64,000 bases of DNA, from the NCBI GenBank assembly GCA_001179505.1, contig CDMY01000395.1, positions 1-64,000 of the forward strand, in the 5' to 3' direction. Source of the DNA: Vitrella brassicaformis CCMP3155 (Eukaryota > Protista > Chromerida). Positions 52,506 through 64,000 of this stretch are shown here, in pieces. The notes beneath the pieces were generated by a model that saw nothing but the letters and a program-made list of their open reading frames with translations, searched no databases and had not been told where the DNA came from. The stretch's first letter is position 1, and every line of letters starts with the position of its first letter. The position numbers were made by a program, and so were the translations under genes.

Positions 52506-54436
52506 TCAGTCGTCATCCTCAATGACGATGGGGTCATCCTCCAACTGCACACACCCAACACACCCAACACACCCACACCGGCGGCAGCAACACACAACAA
52601 ACAAACACAGCGTATCTGTCCGCACGCACCCGCCCCCAGCCCACCTCTATCACGTCTGGCGCCTCAACCCCCTCGTCGCCACCATCAGCACCACTGGCAG
52701 CAGCCGAAGCCGAAGCCGCCCGAGCGAGCCCCGCTCGCCGTGCCCGCTCCTTCTGCTCGTCCTGTCGCTCCTTCTTCATCATGCGGTTCCTGAAGGCTGG
52801 CTCGTCGACCAGCTCGAGGTGGAATGTCTGGATGACCTGCCCGTGATCCCAGTCCAGCCGCATTCGCGGCGGGTTGTCGTTGCGCCTCGGGCGCCAAGCC
52901 GGGTCGCGGTAGTGCGGGTCCTTGACCAACGCACCTGAATACATAATGAATGACAACCAAACAGCGCCACAACACACACAGAGAGAGGAGGGGGGGGGGG
53001 CGGGGGAGAGAGGTGTGCGTATGTCTGCGTGTGTTGTGTTGTGTTGTGTTGTGTCGTGTGGGGGGTGGTTGCCTCCGGTGATGACGGCTCCGCCGCCCTT
53101 GAGCGACTGGACGCGAGCAGACTCAACCGACGCCAAGGGCGCACTCGACACACCGGGGGGCTGGTAACGGGCGGGAGGAGAGGGGTAGCGAGGAGCGTTC
53201 CTGCACACAACACAACACCATAAAACAGCACCTATTCTAGTGCCATTGGCTGCTCGGCCAGCGACCGACGCCTGACGGGCGGACATCCATGCTGCTCGCT
53301 CGCTGCGGCGGCGGACGGCCCGGTCAAGGCATGGATGTGGGTCGTGTTCCTGGCTGCCTGCCTGCCTCACTGGCCTGTCTGCCTCTCTGTCTCCCTCACC
53401 TGTGTCCCCCATCGTATCCGCCTGCATAATGTGGCTCGTAGCGGCCGTACGATTCATATCGCCCGCCGCCGCCACCACCGTAGCCATACGGCTCGTAGCG
53501 ATACCCACTACCATAACCCCCATCCCCACCTCGACCATAGCCCCCACCACCACCATGGCCGTGGCCGTGTCCCTGCCCGTGCCCATGGCCATGTCGGCGG
53601 CGCTCTCGCTGCTGCCGCTCCCAGGCGGGGTTGAGCGTCTCTGGGAGCTCCGTCACGATGACCTTCATCCTGCTAAACGCCGACTGCTTGTCAGCCTCCT
53701 CCGCCTCCATCTCCTTCCGCTGAGGGAGGGAGAGGGACACACAGACACACACAGAGGGAGCCGACATGTCTCGTGTCTCTCACTCTGTTCTCTGTGTCCT
53801 TCCCTGTGCCGTGTGTGTCCTTCTACTATAGTGACGTACCTCCGCCTTGACGATTTGGAGGGGCTGTGTGCGCTCGAGCTGCTGGGCGCGTTGCTCGTAG
53901 GGGTGGACGTTCTGCACCACCGTATAGTCGTTGCCCTTCACAATATACTTCTTGGTCTTGATGTCCTGCAGGGGCGGCGGCTGCTGCACCACGAGCTGCA
54001 TGGCCACACGACGGTCGGCGAAGAAGTTCTGGCACTTGATGCCAAAGGGCACCGACCCCCGCTCCCCCTGCTTGTCCAGCAGGGGCTGGACGTTCACCAG
54101 CCACCGGGACTCGTTCCTCCGCTCGCTCAGCTTGATGGCCTCCATCTCCTTGTTGGTCGTCTGGTCGTAGACGGTCGCACGGATGCGCTCGAGCGTGATG
54201 TCCTCGAAGCTCTGGCTCTTGTGGGTGGAGGGTGCGGCACGGGCGGCGCTCTCGCTCACCTTGGCTACTGCGGGCGCTCCTCCCCCCTCCCGCCCGTCAG
54301 ACTGGCGGGAGGGAGGAGCCAACCCGTCAGCAGCTGACGCCACTGGCTCCTGCTGCTGCTGCTGGCTGTATCGCGGCGTGACGGTCTCGCGCTTCAGCTG
54401 CTGTCCCTCGTCCATCGTGTGTCCAGCAGAGGGCAT
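52506..54436 (-). CDS. Hypothetical protein with a Gly/Tyr/His low-complexity region and acidic SIM-like C-terminus
   Basis: Long first exon, GHGHG/GGGYGRGG/RYEPY tract, ends APDVIELEDDPIVIEDDD; one internal exon junction uncertain. Confidence 0.7.
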
Positions 54437-54798
54437 CGCTGGCGACCTGTGAGACACACAGGACACCACACAGCCATCCCCCGCACGTTACCTTCCCCTC
54501 CTGACCCCTCCTGGCTCTCTCGACCTGACAACGGAGTGTCGACCACTTGAGTACGCAAAAGCTATCTAACCTGGGACTCCCCTGACCTTCCCTGCCTCTC
54601 TGAAACACTGAGCTATCAAATTACTTCTTCTCCCGCTCGCAATTCGGTTACACGGGCTCCCTTCTTTTGCGAGCTAGAGAGCGACGGTTGTTCGTTCGTT
54701 CTTTTCAGCATTTCGCCGGTATTCTATTGCAGAAAGCAGGGCCATGACGTGATATTTCGAGATCTCTGGGAGAATGATGATCTGACCCGGAGGATCTG

Positions 54799-57104
54799 AT
54801 GCCGGCGGTGAGGGCATGGCCTCAGCCACATCAGCGGTCAGGTCGTCCAGCGACCATCTTCGTCGGCGCCGTCTGCCTCACCGTCGCCGTCTGCTACATG
54901 GCCATCCTCACCATGCTCTCCCGCAAAGTCCCGGCCGACATCCCCACATCGGCCGACTTCCCCGAGAGCCCTGGTGCGGCTGCAGTGACAAAGAAGCATC
55001 CCCGTCGGTACGTCGACCCGCGCCTGCTTGAGGATCGAGTGGAGGTGCTGGAGAAGGGGATTGAGATGATGAGGAAGGACGTCCAGCGGTCTCTACGGGC
55101 AGCCGAAAGGGGTCAGCTCATGGCCGACTTCCTCGCCGGTGAAAATGGATGGATGGCAGGCACCCATCGATGCTTAAACAAAGAGGGTGTCCGTTCCTTC
55201 CTGCGCAGGCCCAGAGGGTTTCCCTTTGGACGCCACACCAGGGCCGCTGAGTCTGTTGCGTCTGCGGCAGCGGATGCAGGGCGTGGAGACTGCTGTGCTG
55301 ATCATGGTCTGCGACAGGCCTGAATACACCACACGCACACTGCAGGTCATCCAAGCAGCCAGACACACTAACGATAAGCACCCTCACTGTCTGTCTGTCT
55401 GTCTGTCTGTCTGGCCACACGCAGTCTGTGTTGAAGGCGAGGAAGGGGCAGGAGGAGCTTTTCCCTGTCATTGTCTCGCAAGTAGGGGCGGCTGAATCGC
55501 GCGTGGCAACGGGCGGGTGGTCGCCGATTTCCTCCCTCTCCTGCCCATGCAGGATGGCGTTAGCATGGAGGAAATGAAGGCAATTGAGGGCTTCAGGTAG
55601 GTAAGGCGGGTGAAGACCCTGAAGAGAAACAGACACATGCCCACCGACTGTTTCGTTGTGTGTTCAGGTCTGAGGTCTACCACATGGTGCATGCGCAAGA
55701 CCGCCAAGTGCGCACCAAACGGGCGCAGCACTTCAAGTACTTAAACACGGCACAGCCCCTCCGCTTGGCTCGCTTCCCCTCAATTTGTATGTCTCTGTTG
55801 CGCGCCCAGGTACGTGTTGATAGCCCAGCACTACTACTGGGCGGTGGAGATGACTTTCGAGCGGCTGGGGTTCGAACACGTCATCATCATAGAAGAGGAC
55901 ATGGAGGTTTGGTCGCCACACAGACACAGACACAGACACAGACAGGATACCGTCTGTTCTTTGTTTGTGTGCTCAGGTGTCTGGTGACTTCTTCGGCTAC
56001 ATGCGTGCAGCGCAGCCTTTGTTGCACAGGGACCCCACCCTGCTGTGTGTCAGCGCGTGGAATGACAACGGGTCAGGCCACTGCGGACGGAGAGGGAGAC
56101 ACACACATGAGGTCTGTGTGGTGTGTTGTGGTGTGGTGTGGTGTGGCCAGGAAGGCGTCTCTCGTGTCTGATGAGACGGCTCTCTATCGCACTGACGTCT
56201 TCCCAGGTACACACACGCCGAATGGGGGCAGGTGCCCATTCCATGATTTCGATGTATGTGAAGGTTTGGGTTGGATGTTGTCGTATCGCAAGTGGGCGGA
56301 GGTGAGGGGAGACTGGCCAGTGCGTGAGGGATACTGGGACGAGTGGATGAGACACACCATGATCAAACGGGTAGGTACGCCGTGCCGTGTCATCGAGTGA
56401 GTGAGACATGCGACATTTCACTCGTCTGTCTGTCTGTTTGCAAGCGAGCAGGGTTACCAGTGCATCCGTCCTGAGATCAGCCGCTCCTACACCTTTGGAG
56501 AGCAGGGCGTGGACAATTCTTCGACACGTAAGCACTCTCGAGACACACCGCACCCTGCCAGCCCCTTTGTGCAGTCTGTCTGTCTATTTGTTTCGTGTGT
56601 CTCGAACGAAAGGCATCTGGGCCCGATCCTTTTGTACGAGGGCTCGGTCGACTGGAACGCCGTCTCCCTCGCATACCTGCAGAAAGACGCATTCGACCAA
56701 CACATACAGGCAAACAGAGACACAGCAACAGAAAGGCATCCCTCTCCTCACCAACCAGCCCCTTACCTCTTGCCCAATATGTGCAGGACCTAATCATGAG
56801 GTCACAAGAGGTCGACATCGCAGCTCTCCTTGCCAGCCCATCCCCACCAGCACCACCCCCTAGACCATCCTCGCCCAGTGGGCGATGCCTCAAGGGTTCG
56901 GTGCGGAGTGCCTATGAGTTGAGGAGGGACTGGCTGCAGTTGGCGCATCGGTTCAGTCTGATGGAGGATCTGAAGGTGGGTGTGCCGCGAACGGCCTACA
57001 GGGGGATGGTCACGTTTGTGTGGGAGGGGGTGTGCGTGTGGCTGTATGTCGACTGGCCAGTGAGTGAACACGGCAGCCAGCTGAAAGGGCATGAGCTGAG
57101 CTGA
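54799..57104 (+). CDS. MGAT1: Alpha-1,3-mannosyl-glycoprotein 2-beta-N-acetylglucosaminyltransferase I (GT13); apparent frameshift near 56510
   Basis: Type II TM anchor; VCDRPEY, VIVSQDG, IAQHYYWA, IIIEEDMEVSGDFF, CVSAWNDNG, LYRTDVFPGLGWML, WDEWMR, CIRPEISRSYTFGEQG, GQFFD, GVPRTAYRGMV. Confidence 0.92.
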
Positions 57105-57369
57105 GTGGATTCTCTCCTCTGTCTTATGTATGTCGAGATAATCTCACACGTAATGTTGACGCACATAGACAGACGCACCACATGAGAGAAGCATAGATAG
57201 CACCGAGTGAGTCTGTTCGTTCACTGACTGATCGGACTGTCTGTCTGCACACACGAAGGGAAGGCACCATCAGAATTAAGTAATGCCCTCCACCCCACCC
57301 CAGCCCCCGCACATCACACGTATGTATGTATACGTCGGAGCCATGAGCCATCAGACCGAGCTGAGCTGG

Positions 57370-58107
57370 CTAGAGGAGTGCGTTGGTGTACTCGTGTTGC
57401 AGATGCTTGAGGACCTCGTTGACCTGCTGCATCTTCTGCTTGGTCTGCGTCTTGCTCTTCTGCACCTGCTGCAGCAACACGCGCATCTCCTCCTCTGTCT
57501 GAACGAACAGACAAACCACACACCACACCCACATGACATGCAGCACAGCAGGATGACATACATGGCCACACACCAAACACACGTGTGTGGCCTCTGGCTG
57601 GGTGCTGCATTTGTGGCTTACGTCCTTGACTTTCTGCTGCGCCTGCCGCACCTCCTCCTGCAGCGCTTGGTTGGCACGCTTCTCAGCCTGCACACACATG
57701 AATGAAATGACGAGCAGACACATTTGGGCCACTTAGTTCCCCCGGCATGCCACTGACTGACCTGGAGCTGCTGCTGTATGTCGTCCATCCTTTGCCTCGC
57801 CCCATCAGCAGCGGCCGCGGCGGACTGCTCGGCATCCCTCAAACGACCCTCATACTCAGACCTGACACACAGACACACCGGTGGGTGACACACAGAGGGA
57901 TCCACGCGTGTGTGGTGTGTGGTGTGGTGTGGTGGTGTGTTGGTCGTGAGGGTGAATAGCTTAGCGTAGCGTACGTCAGCTGCTCTCTAAGTTGTTTCCT
58001 CTTGTCCTCGACGCCCTCCTGCAGCTTGGTGACCTCCTGCTGGGCATAGTCCAGGGCCGCATCCTTGCGCGACACCTCCTCACGCAAACTGGACACCTGC
58101 ACACACA

Positions 58108-58140
<33 letters not shown>

Positions 58141-61100
58141 GAGAGGTGGTGTGTGGCGGGGGTGACAGGTGTGGGCGATGGTCTGTCTGCTTGCCTGCTG
58201 CCGCAGGTCGTCCCTGCCGTTCCTGATGTCGTCCAGCTCCTCTTGCAACGCCGACATGTCCTCCTCATGCTTTTGCTGACAGACACCATCAACACACAAC
58301 ACACAACACACAATGAGTCCTCATGGATGTGATGGGCCTTCCATGTGTATGCCATCTCTCCCCGCCAGTCAGTCAGCACACCTACCTCCAGCTCTCTGTA
58401 CTTGTCCTCCTGCTCAGTCAGCCGGTCCTGCCAGTCGTTGTCGCGCCTCCGCTGCCTGGCGGTGGCGTCCTGCAGCTGGGTCTGGGCCTCCTGCAGCTGG
58501 TGCTTGAGGGCCTGCACCTGTCTGCCGCTGTCCTCGAGCATCTGCACCTTCACCTGCAGGGCCACCTCCTTCTCCTTGAGGGTCGACTCGACCGCCTTCA
58601 ACGTGCCGCGAACCTCACTCGCCTGGACAGACAGAGTGGGTGGGAAGGGCGATTGATTGCGTGTGTGCTGCCTTGTGCTGGTGGGCGGGTTAGGTTACCT
58701 CTTGCTGCAGGGAGGTGGCTTGTTGCTTGAGCTCTTCTACTCGGGAGGTCTGGTGGCGAAGGCGGCTCTCGGCTTCATCGGCCTGATGGAGGGAGGGAGT
58801 GAGGGAGAAATGGCACACACACACACACACACACCGGATGTAGGATGGTGTGTGGGGTGGGTGGGAGTAGTGGGTGAGGTGACCTTGGTCTGGAGTGCGT
58901 TGTAGTGCTCCTTGGTGACGTATGTGTGTGAGATGTTGTCGTACTCCGCCTGAAGCCGTCTCTCACGCTCCTCAACCTCCTCCTTCTCGCGACTACACAC
59001 ACACACAGAGAGAGAGAGCCAGATGCGCTCTATGCCCCCCTCAGGAGCATGTGTATGTGTGTACCGCATCTGTGCGATGAGTCTGTCCTTGTCGCGCTGA
59101 GCGGTCTGCAGGCTGGCAAGCTGTTCCTCCAGCTCCTTCTTCTCCTTGGCCGCTGCGTCAAGACGAGAACCGACCTCCTGCAGAGTACGCTTCACTGCCG
59201 CATCCTGGCACACACACACACACACACGGACGCAGAGAGAGATGGGCGTGAGTGTGAGTATGAGTGTGGGAGTTTCATGCCATGCGGACCTACCTCTTTG
59301 GCGGCCGTCTTGAGGACCTCCTGGAGGTCGTCGTTTTTCTGGTTGGCGGCCTTGAGCTGCCGCACCAGGTCGGCGTTGTGGCTCTGCAGCGCCTCCAATG
59401 TCTTCTTGAACTCGTGCTGCACACACTCACTCACACAGACATACATATGGGTTGGTTCATTCATTTCAGAGGGTTGTGTGGCACTGATCTATCTGCGTGT
59501 GTGCGTTCGGTTCGTACCTCCAGTGCTATGATCTGCTGTTCCAACCTAGACCGGTCCTTGTCGGCCTTCTCCTCCAACTCGCGGCGCTGGTCGTCCATAT
59601 CCTGACAGACATATCCACACACACAACACACACACATTGAACCAGCATTCACACCCTCCTCACCTCTCTCTGCACACGTGTGTGATCTGCCTTGCTCACC
59701 CGCTGGTGTGTCTGCGCTCTTGTCTGTAGGTCCCTGACGGCCTGCTGGTGCAGCTCCTGTGCTTCCGTCCGCTGCCGATGGGCCGCCCTCAGCTGCTCCT
59801 CCAGGGCCCTCTCGCGTGTGGCCGCACTGGTGAGCTGCGCACGCAGAGACGACTGCACACACAACACAAAACACACGACCCTTGCAGCACACACTGAGAT
59901 CGTATCAGGCCTGGCGATGCACCTCGCGATTGTTGGCGGCTTCGAGCTCCGTCAACGTCTGATGGGGTCGAATACGCAGCGAGACCTCCTACTTGTAAAT
60001 GATGTGTGTGTGCATTCGTCACTCACCGCTTTGAGCTTTTCCTCGGCTGCTGCCTTGCCCATTCGCTCGGCCTCCTCTGCGTGCCGCTGATGCCTGACCA
60101 GATCACAACACACACAGACGGCCGGCCGCCCGATGAGTGAGTGCATGAACTGAAGGCTGCCGTTCTCTTCTATCTCATTAATCTCACTTGGCGACTTCGA
60201 CTCTGAGGGAGGAATGCTCCGCCCGCAGCTGCTCGATCGTCCGCTGATCCGTCTCGGCCTGGGCAGCCTGGGGGGCAGCGAGGGGGAAAGAATGGATGTG
60301 GCAGTGATAGGGAGAGTAGGTTGTTCCCCCTGTTGTGGTCACCTTCTGCTGTGTATCCCGCTGCTGCTCCTCCACACGACGCGTGAGCTCTGTCACCTGC
60401 TGCTGCAGGGCCTGAGAGAGGGCAGTGTGTAGCGCGATGGACTGGTGTGTGTGTTGTGGCTGTTGGTCTGCTCCTGTTGTTGTCACCTTGATCTGGACGT
60501 CTTTCGCCCGCGTGACGTCGTCATGCTGCTGCTGGGCCGCGTCGGCAGCCTTGGACAGCTCCTGAACACACACACACGGTGGCTCGTCAGTGACACGTTG
60601 ACTCCCACCAAATTGATGAGTTACCTCCTTAATGAGCTCTGACGCCCGCTGTTCCTCGTCCCGCTGCCGCTGGGCGTTCGACACATCGGCCTGGAGGGAA
60701 GCCACCTGCACACTCACGAAACGACATCAGACACGATCGATGTACCTACCCACTAAAAGTCACACGCATACACAATTGCATGTGGCCACCCACCTTTTCG
60801 TCGGTTGTCTTGAGCTGCTGCTTGAGGGCTTCGACGTCGCCTGTCGCATATGAGGCATATGGGTGGGAAAGGGTGTTGGTGCATGGCATGACTCGATGGG
60901 GTGAGTGCGTGGGTATTGAATACATACCTGTGAGTCTGGCCTCTCTGTTCTGGGCCTCCTGAAGCTTGCCCCTGGTCTCGTTGAGCATCGTCTCCAGCGA
61001 CTGACGCACCTGCTCCCTGCACAATCCACACAGACAGAGAGACATCCAAGCAGTGTGCAGGGAGGGCATGCCTATGTGTCTATCGGTCCGGTCTCTCTCT

Positions 61101-63158
61101 GTGTTTGTGTTGCCGCGAGCACGCGCACATACCTCTTCTGCACCTCCTCCTCAATGCGGGCGAGATCAGCCAGCAACGCCACCTCCCTGCACACACCACG
61201 ATACACACAACAGAATCGCCCTGCGTGGATGGAAGCACAGCACCTACACGAATGCATGTGTGTGTTGCCTACTTTTTCGTCTTGTCATTGAGCACTCGAT
61301 CGAGCTTCGTCTGCAGCGATCGGTAGTCGCCCTTGAGTGCACTCAGCTCGGCCAAAAGGGCCTGGAAGGACGCTGCACGGTCGTCCTCGTCATTCCTGGC
61401 CGCCTCGGATGGCCGGGTATCGGCTCCCTGCTCGGCTGACGAAGGCGGCTGCTGCTGCTGTTGAGCGGCAGCAGCAGCGTTCTCTTGCCGAATAATGCTG
61501 ACAGAATAGAGGGAGGGAGAGCATACGGCTGTCTTCTGCCTGCGTGACATTCATTGTCGCCTGTTGGGCTCTTACTTACCTGGCGACGCTTCTCTCGAGA
61601 GCTTCCAGTCTTCTCTCATGGTCATACGGCGCTAAGAGGGCCTCGCCGCCCCGAGCATCCTCATGCACACCCTCCCTCCTCCGACCAGTGGCACCACCAA
61701 CACCCCCAGAACCGGCAGCCGGTTGCCCGCTGTGCACCGGCTCATCGGTGCTGCCGCGCTGACGAGTTGGTGGAGGTCTGTGGGGCATTGCTGGAAGGGG
61801 GGGAGGGGCAGGGGGCATGCGATCGACCGTGCGAGAGGCCGCCGAGGCCGCCACCAGCCGTGTGGATGTTGCGCCGTTGTCGGCGGGTGCTGGTCGTGGC
61901 TGTGGTTGTCCGGTCTGGTCGAGTCGTGCCTGTGCGGTCTTGATACACACGGGGTTGGCCTGTGCGTGCCGCTTCTCGTCCTCGGTGACGGGCGGGCCAT
62001 CGAGCTTCTGCAGGGGAGTGCAGCACTGGATGACCAGGGCGCGGTAGTCCTCACTCGCACATATGGGATTGGCACGACCTGACCACCACCGAGGGGACCA
62101 ACAGACAGATCGGACCAGCTGATGGGAAGTCCTGATTGTTCAGCCAACCGACCAGCCTGCTGGCTACCTACCTGAGCTAGAGTTTGCGTGCTGGAATTGG
62201 ATGTCGGCCAGATGACGGCAGCCGCCTGCAGAGAGGGCGAGAAGGAAGAGGTCATGACACACACCTGTACCGACTCGACAGACATGTTCTCAATCCATTA
62301 CTGACCGAGGAATGTCAGCTGCTGCAGATCCCGCACCCGGTTGTCCCTCAGATCTAGCCGGCGAAGGCTGTGCTGGAACGACCACGCCTAACACACACAC
62401 ACACACACACACATACACATGCAGCACCGAATGAGGCAATCAGCTCACTGTATCGACACACCTGTTGCAGTCCGTCTAGTGCGCTGATCTTGTTGTATGC
62501 GAGAGCCAGGTCCTCCAACTTCACCAGCGACCCCAAACCAGCTATCACTCGAATCTGCACCACACACACACACACACGCAATAATGCGCTCGGCGCAGGT
62601 GAGGGGCTGAGCTGACCTTGTTGCAGGAGAGGTCTAGCAGGCGCAGCTTCGGCAGCCGCCCGATGGTGTCCATGCGATCAATCTCATTTGAGGACAGAAT
62701 GGCCTCCTCCAACTGACTCAAGCTCTCCAAACCCTGCGTACGCAGATCAACACGGACGCACCCAACGCCACGTGAAATGTGTAGGGTCGTGCTTCAAGCG
62801 GCGCTTCCTTCCTGCCTGCCTCCCTCCCACTTGTACCCACCTCTAGGCATGTGATGGCATTGCAGTGCAGGTTGAGGATCTGCACATTCTTGAGCGACCT
62901 CAGGTCCAGCTCCCGGATGGACGTCAGGCCCCGGTTGAACGCACGGTACTCAACACGCTCCTCATCCTCAACACCATCGGCAGCATCCCTCGGGGGAGAG
63001 GCGCCTGGATAGATGGATGGACGGATGAATGAACGACCCACAACACAGACACGACAATGAATGGGTATGGAGTCACCTCGTGCTCTGCATTCACCTGCGC
63101 TAGCCATGGCTGCTGGCGGCGCCTTCGGGCCAGATGCTTTCGATCTCGCCCCTTTCAT
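57370..63158 (-). CDS. LRRCC1: Leucine-rich repeat and coiled-coil domain-containing protein 1-like (centrosomal)
   Basis: N-terminal SDS22-type LRRs (LNLHCNAI, LDLSCNKI, LALAYNKI, LDLRDNRV), LRR cap NPICASEDYRALVI...LDG, long coiled coil ending EEEMRVLLQQVQKSK. Confidence 0.8.
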
Positions 63159-63224
63159 GGCGCGAGCTTGAGGTCTTTGGCTCCTTTGGCTCCAAGAAAC
63201 CGCTTCCTGCAACCGGTGTGCGAT

Positions 63225-64000
63225 ATGGCAGAGGAGTTTGGGTCAGATGGCACAGACGCGGCGTCTGACGGACCATCTGCATCGACCGAGGATGAGAGAG
63301 GCGAGGCAGGCCCCTCTGGAGGCATCCCCGAGTCGGCCGAGGACACTGTGACAAGGCAGCCGAAGCTCGACTTGACGGAACGGGTCAAGAGTCTGTGCCC
63401 GCTGTATGACGAGCTCTATCAGCTGCGCAGTGCTGGGTGGGATTCTCAGGCGATGGGGCGGGTCTGGAAGAAGCGGGATGACCTCTTTGCCACGAGGGCG
63501 CAGCGGAAGAAGGAGAACTATGACCCGGTCCAGTCGTACTATGAGATCTATCAGTCAGGTCAGCAGAGAGAGGAAAGATGGGCAGAGTGAGTGACATTTG
63601 CAGATGTGGCTGCCTGCGTGTGTGTGTGGTGGCTGCCTGCAGGCATGGCCAACATCTCTGCTGGCGGCCGGGACTGCCGTGAGCTCCCGCAGGAAGCCTC
63701 CGTCCTGGAGCTCGGCGCAGCACCAGGTATACATTCACACGAACGACCACCCCACCCGCCTCATACCTCACTGACTGCAAAGGCACGCTGTCTGGCCTGG
63801 CTGGCCTCTGCAGGTGGATGTTGCCGCTTTTGGCACGAGGACTGCCGGGCTTCCCTCGTGACGGCTGTTACTCTGCCGCAAGAGCAGGGCGGAATTCGCA
63901 TGGCCTACCGTCCCCGACGGGGCCTGGTGCTGCTCGAGAGGGACCTGTCCTGCCAAGGCGCGGCTTTTGATCGGCTGCAGGACGAGCTGCTGGCCGCGCT
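63225..64000 (+). CDS. FtsJ/RrmJ-like SAM-dependent methyltransferase, partial (runs off the window)
   Basis: VLELGAAPGG motif I followed by VTAVTLPQEQGG; two in-frame introns. Confidence 0.7.

Noticed and set aside
53402-54337. 311-aa plus-strand ORF
   Set aside because: Antisense shadow of the minus-strand hypothetical gene

Overview
Eukaryotic, GC-rich, intron-dense nuclear DNA, most consistent with a chromerid alveolate such as Vitrella brassicaformis. This is an inference from short introns with (TG)n/(GACA)n/(CCAT)n tracts, bipartite plastid-targeting leaders and flagellar-type genes. I traced about 22 spliced protein-coding genes by hand: an F-box-like/LRR-like lineage-family protein, a RavA-type MoxR AAA+ ATPase with a mitochondrial-type presequence, MPC1, CWC25, a leader-bearing CDC48 paralogue, plastid-targeted bL32, an RIIa+EF-hand (RSP7-like) protein, a degenerate USP7-like gene, a small secreted Cys-rich protein, a RING-H2 ligase, SMARCC/SWI3, a CLC channel, a cNMP-binding protein, YbjQ/UPF0145, a DUF4202 fusion, a claudin-like protein, an Egt2/cysteine-desulfhydrase-like PLP enzyme, a small membrane protein, an unknown Gly/Tyr-rich protein, GnT-I (MGAT1), LRRCC1 and a partial FtsJ-like methyltransferase. 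Eighteen of the 22 sit in nine head-to-head pairs, and several 5' intergenic regions carry AGATCT. Main items for follow-up: (1) three otherwise well-conserved genes, plus possibly a fourth, have intron-free frameshifts that inserting G or GG before an A would repair (assembly error is the default explanation, but insertional editing or slippage is testable); (2) a signal-peptide CDC48 lacking the N domain and with a degenerate D1, a SELMA-type candidate, paired with plastid bL32; (3) a bacterial-type RavA apparently sent to mitochondria. Gene ends, and especially starts, are manual predictions. There is one assembly gap (18923-19221). No rRNA, tRNA, CRISPR or intact mobile element was found.
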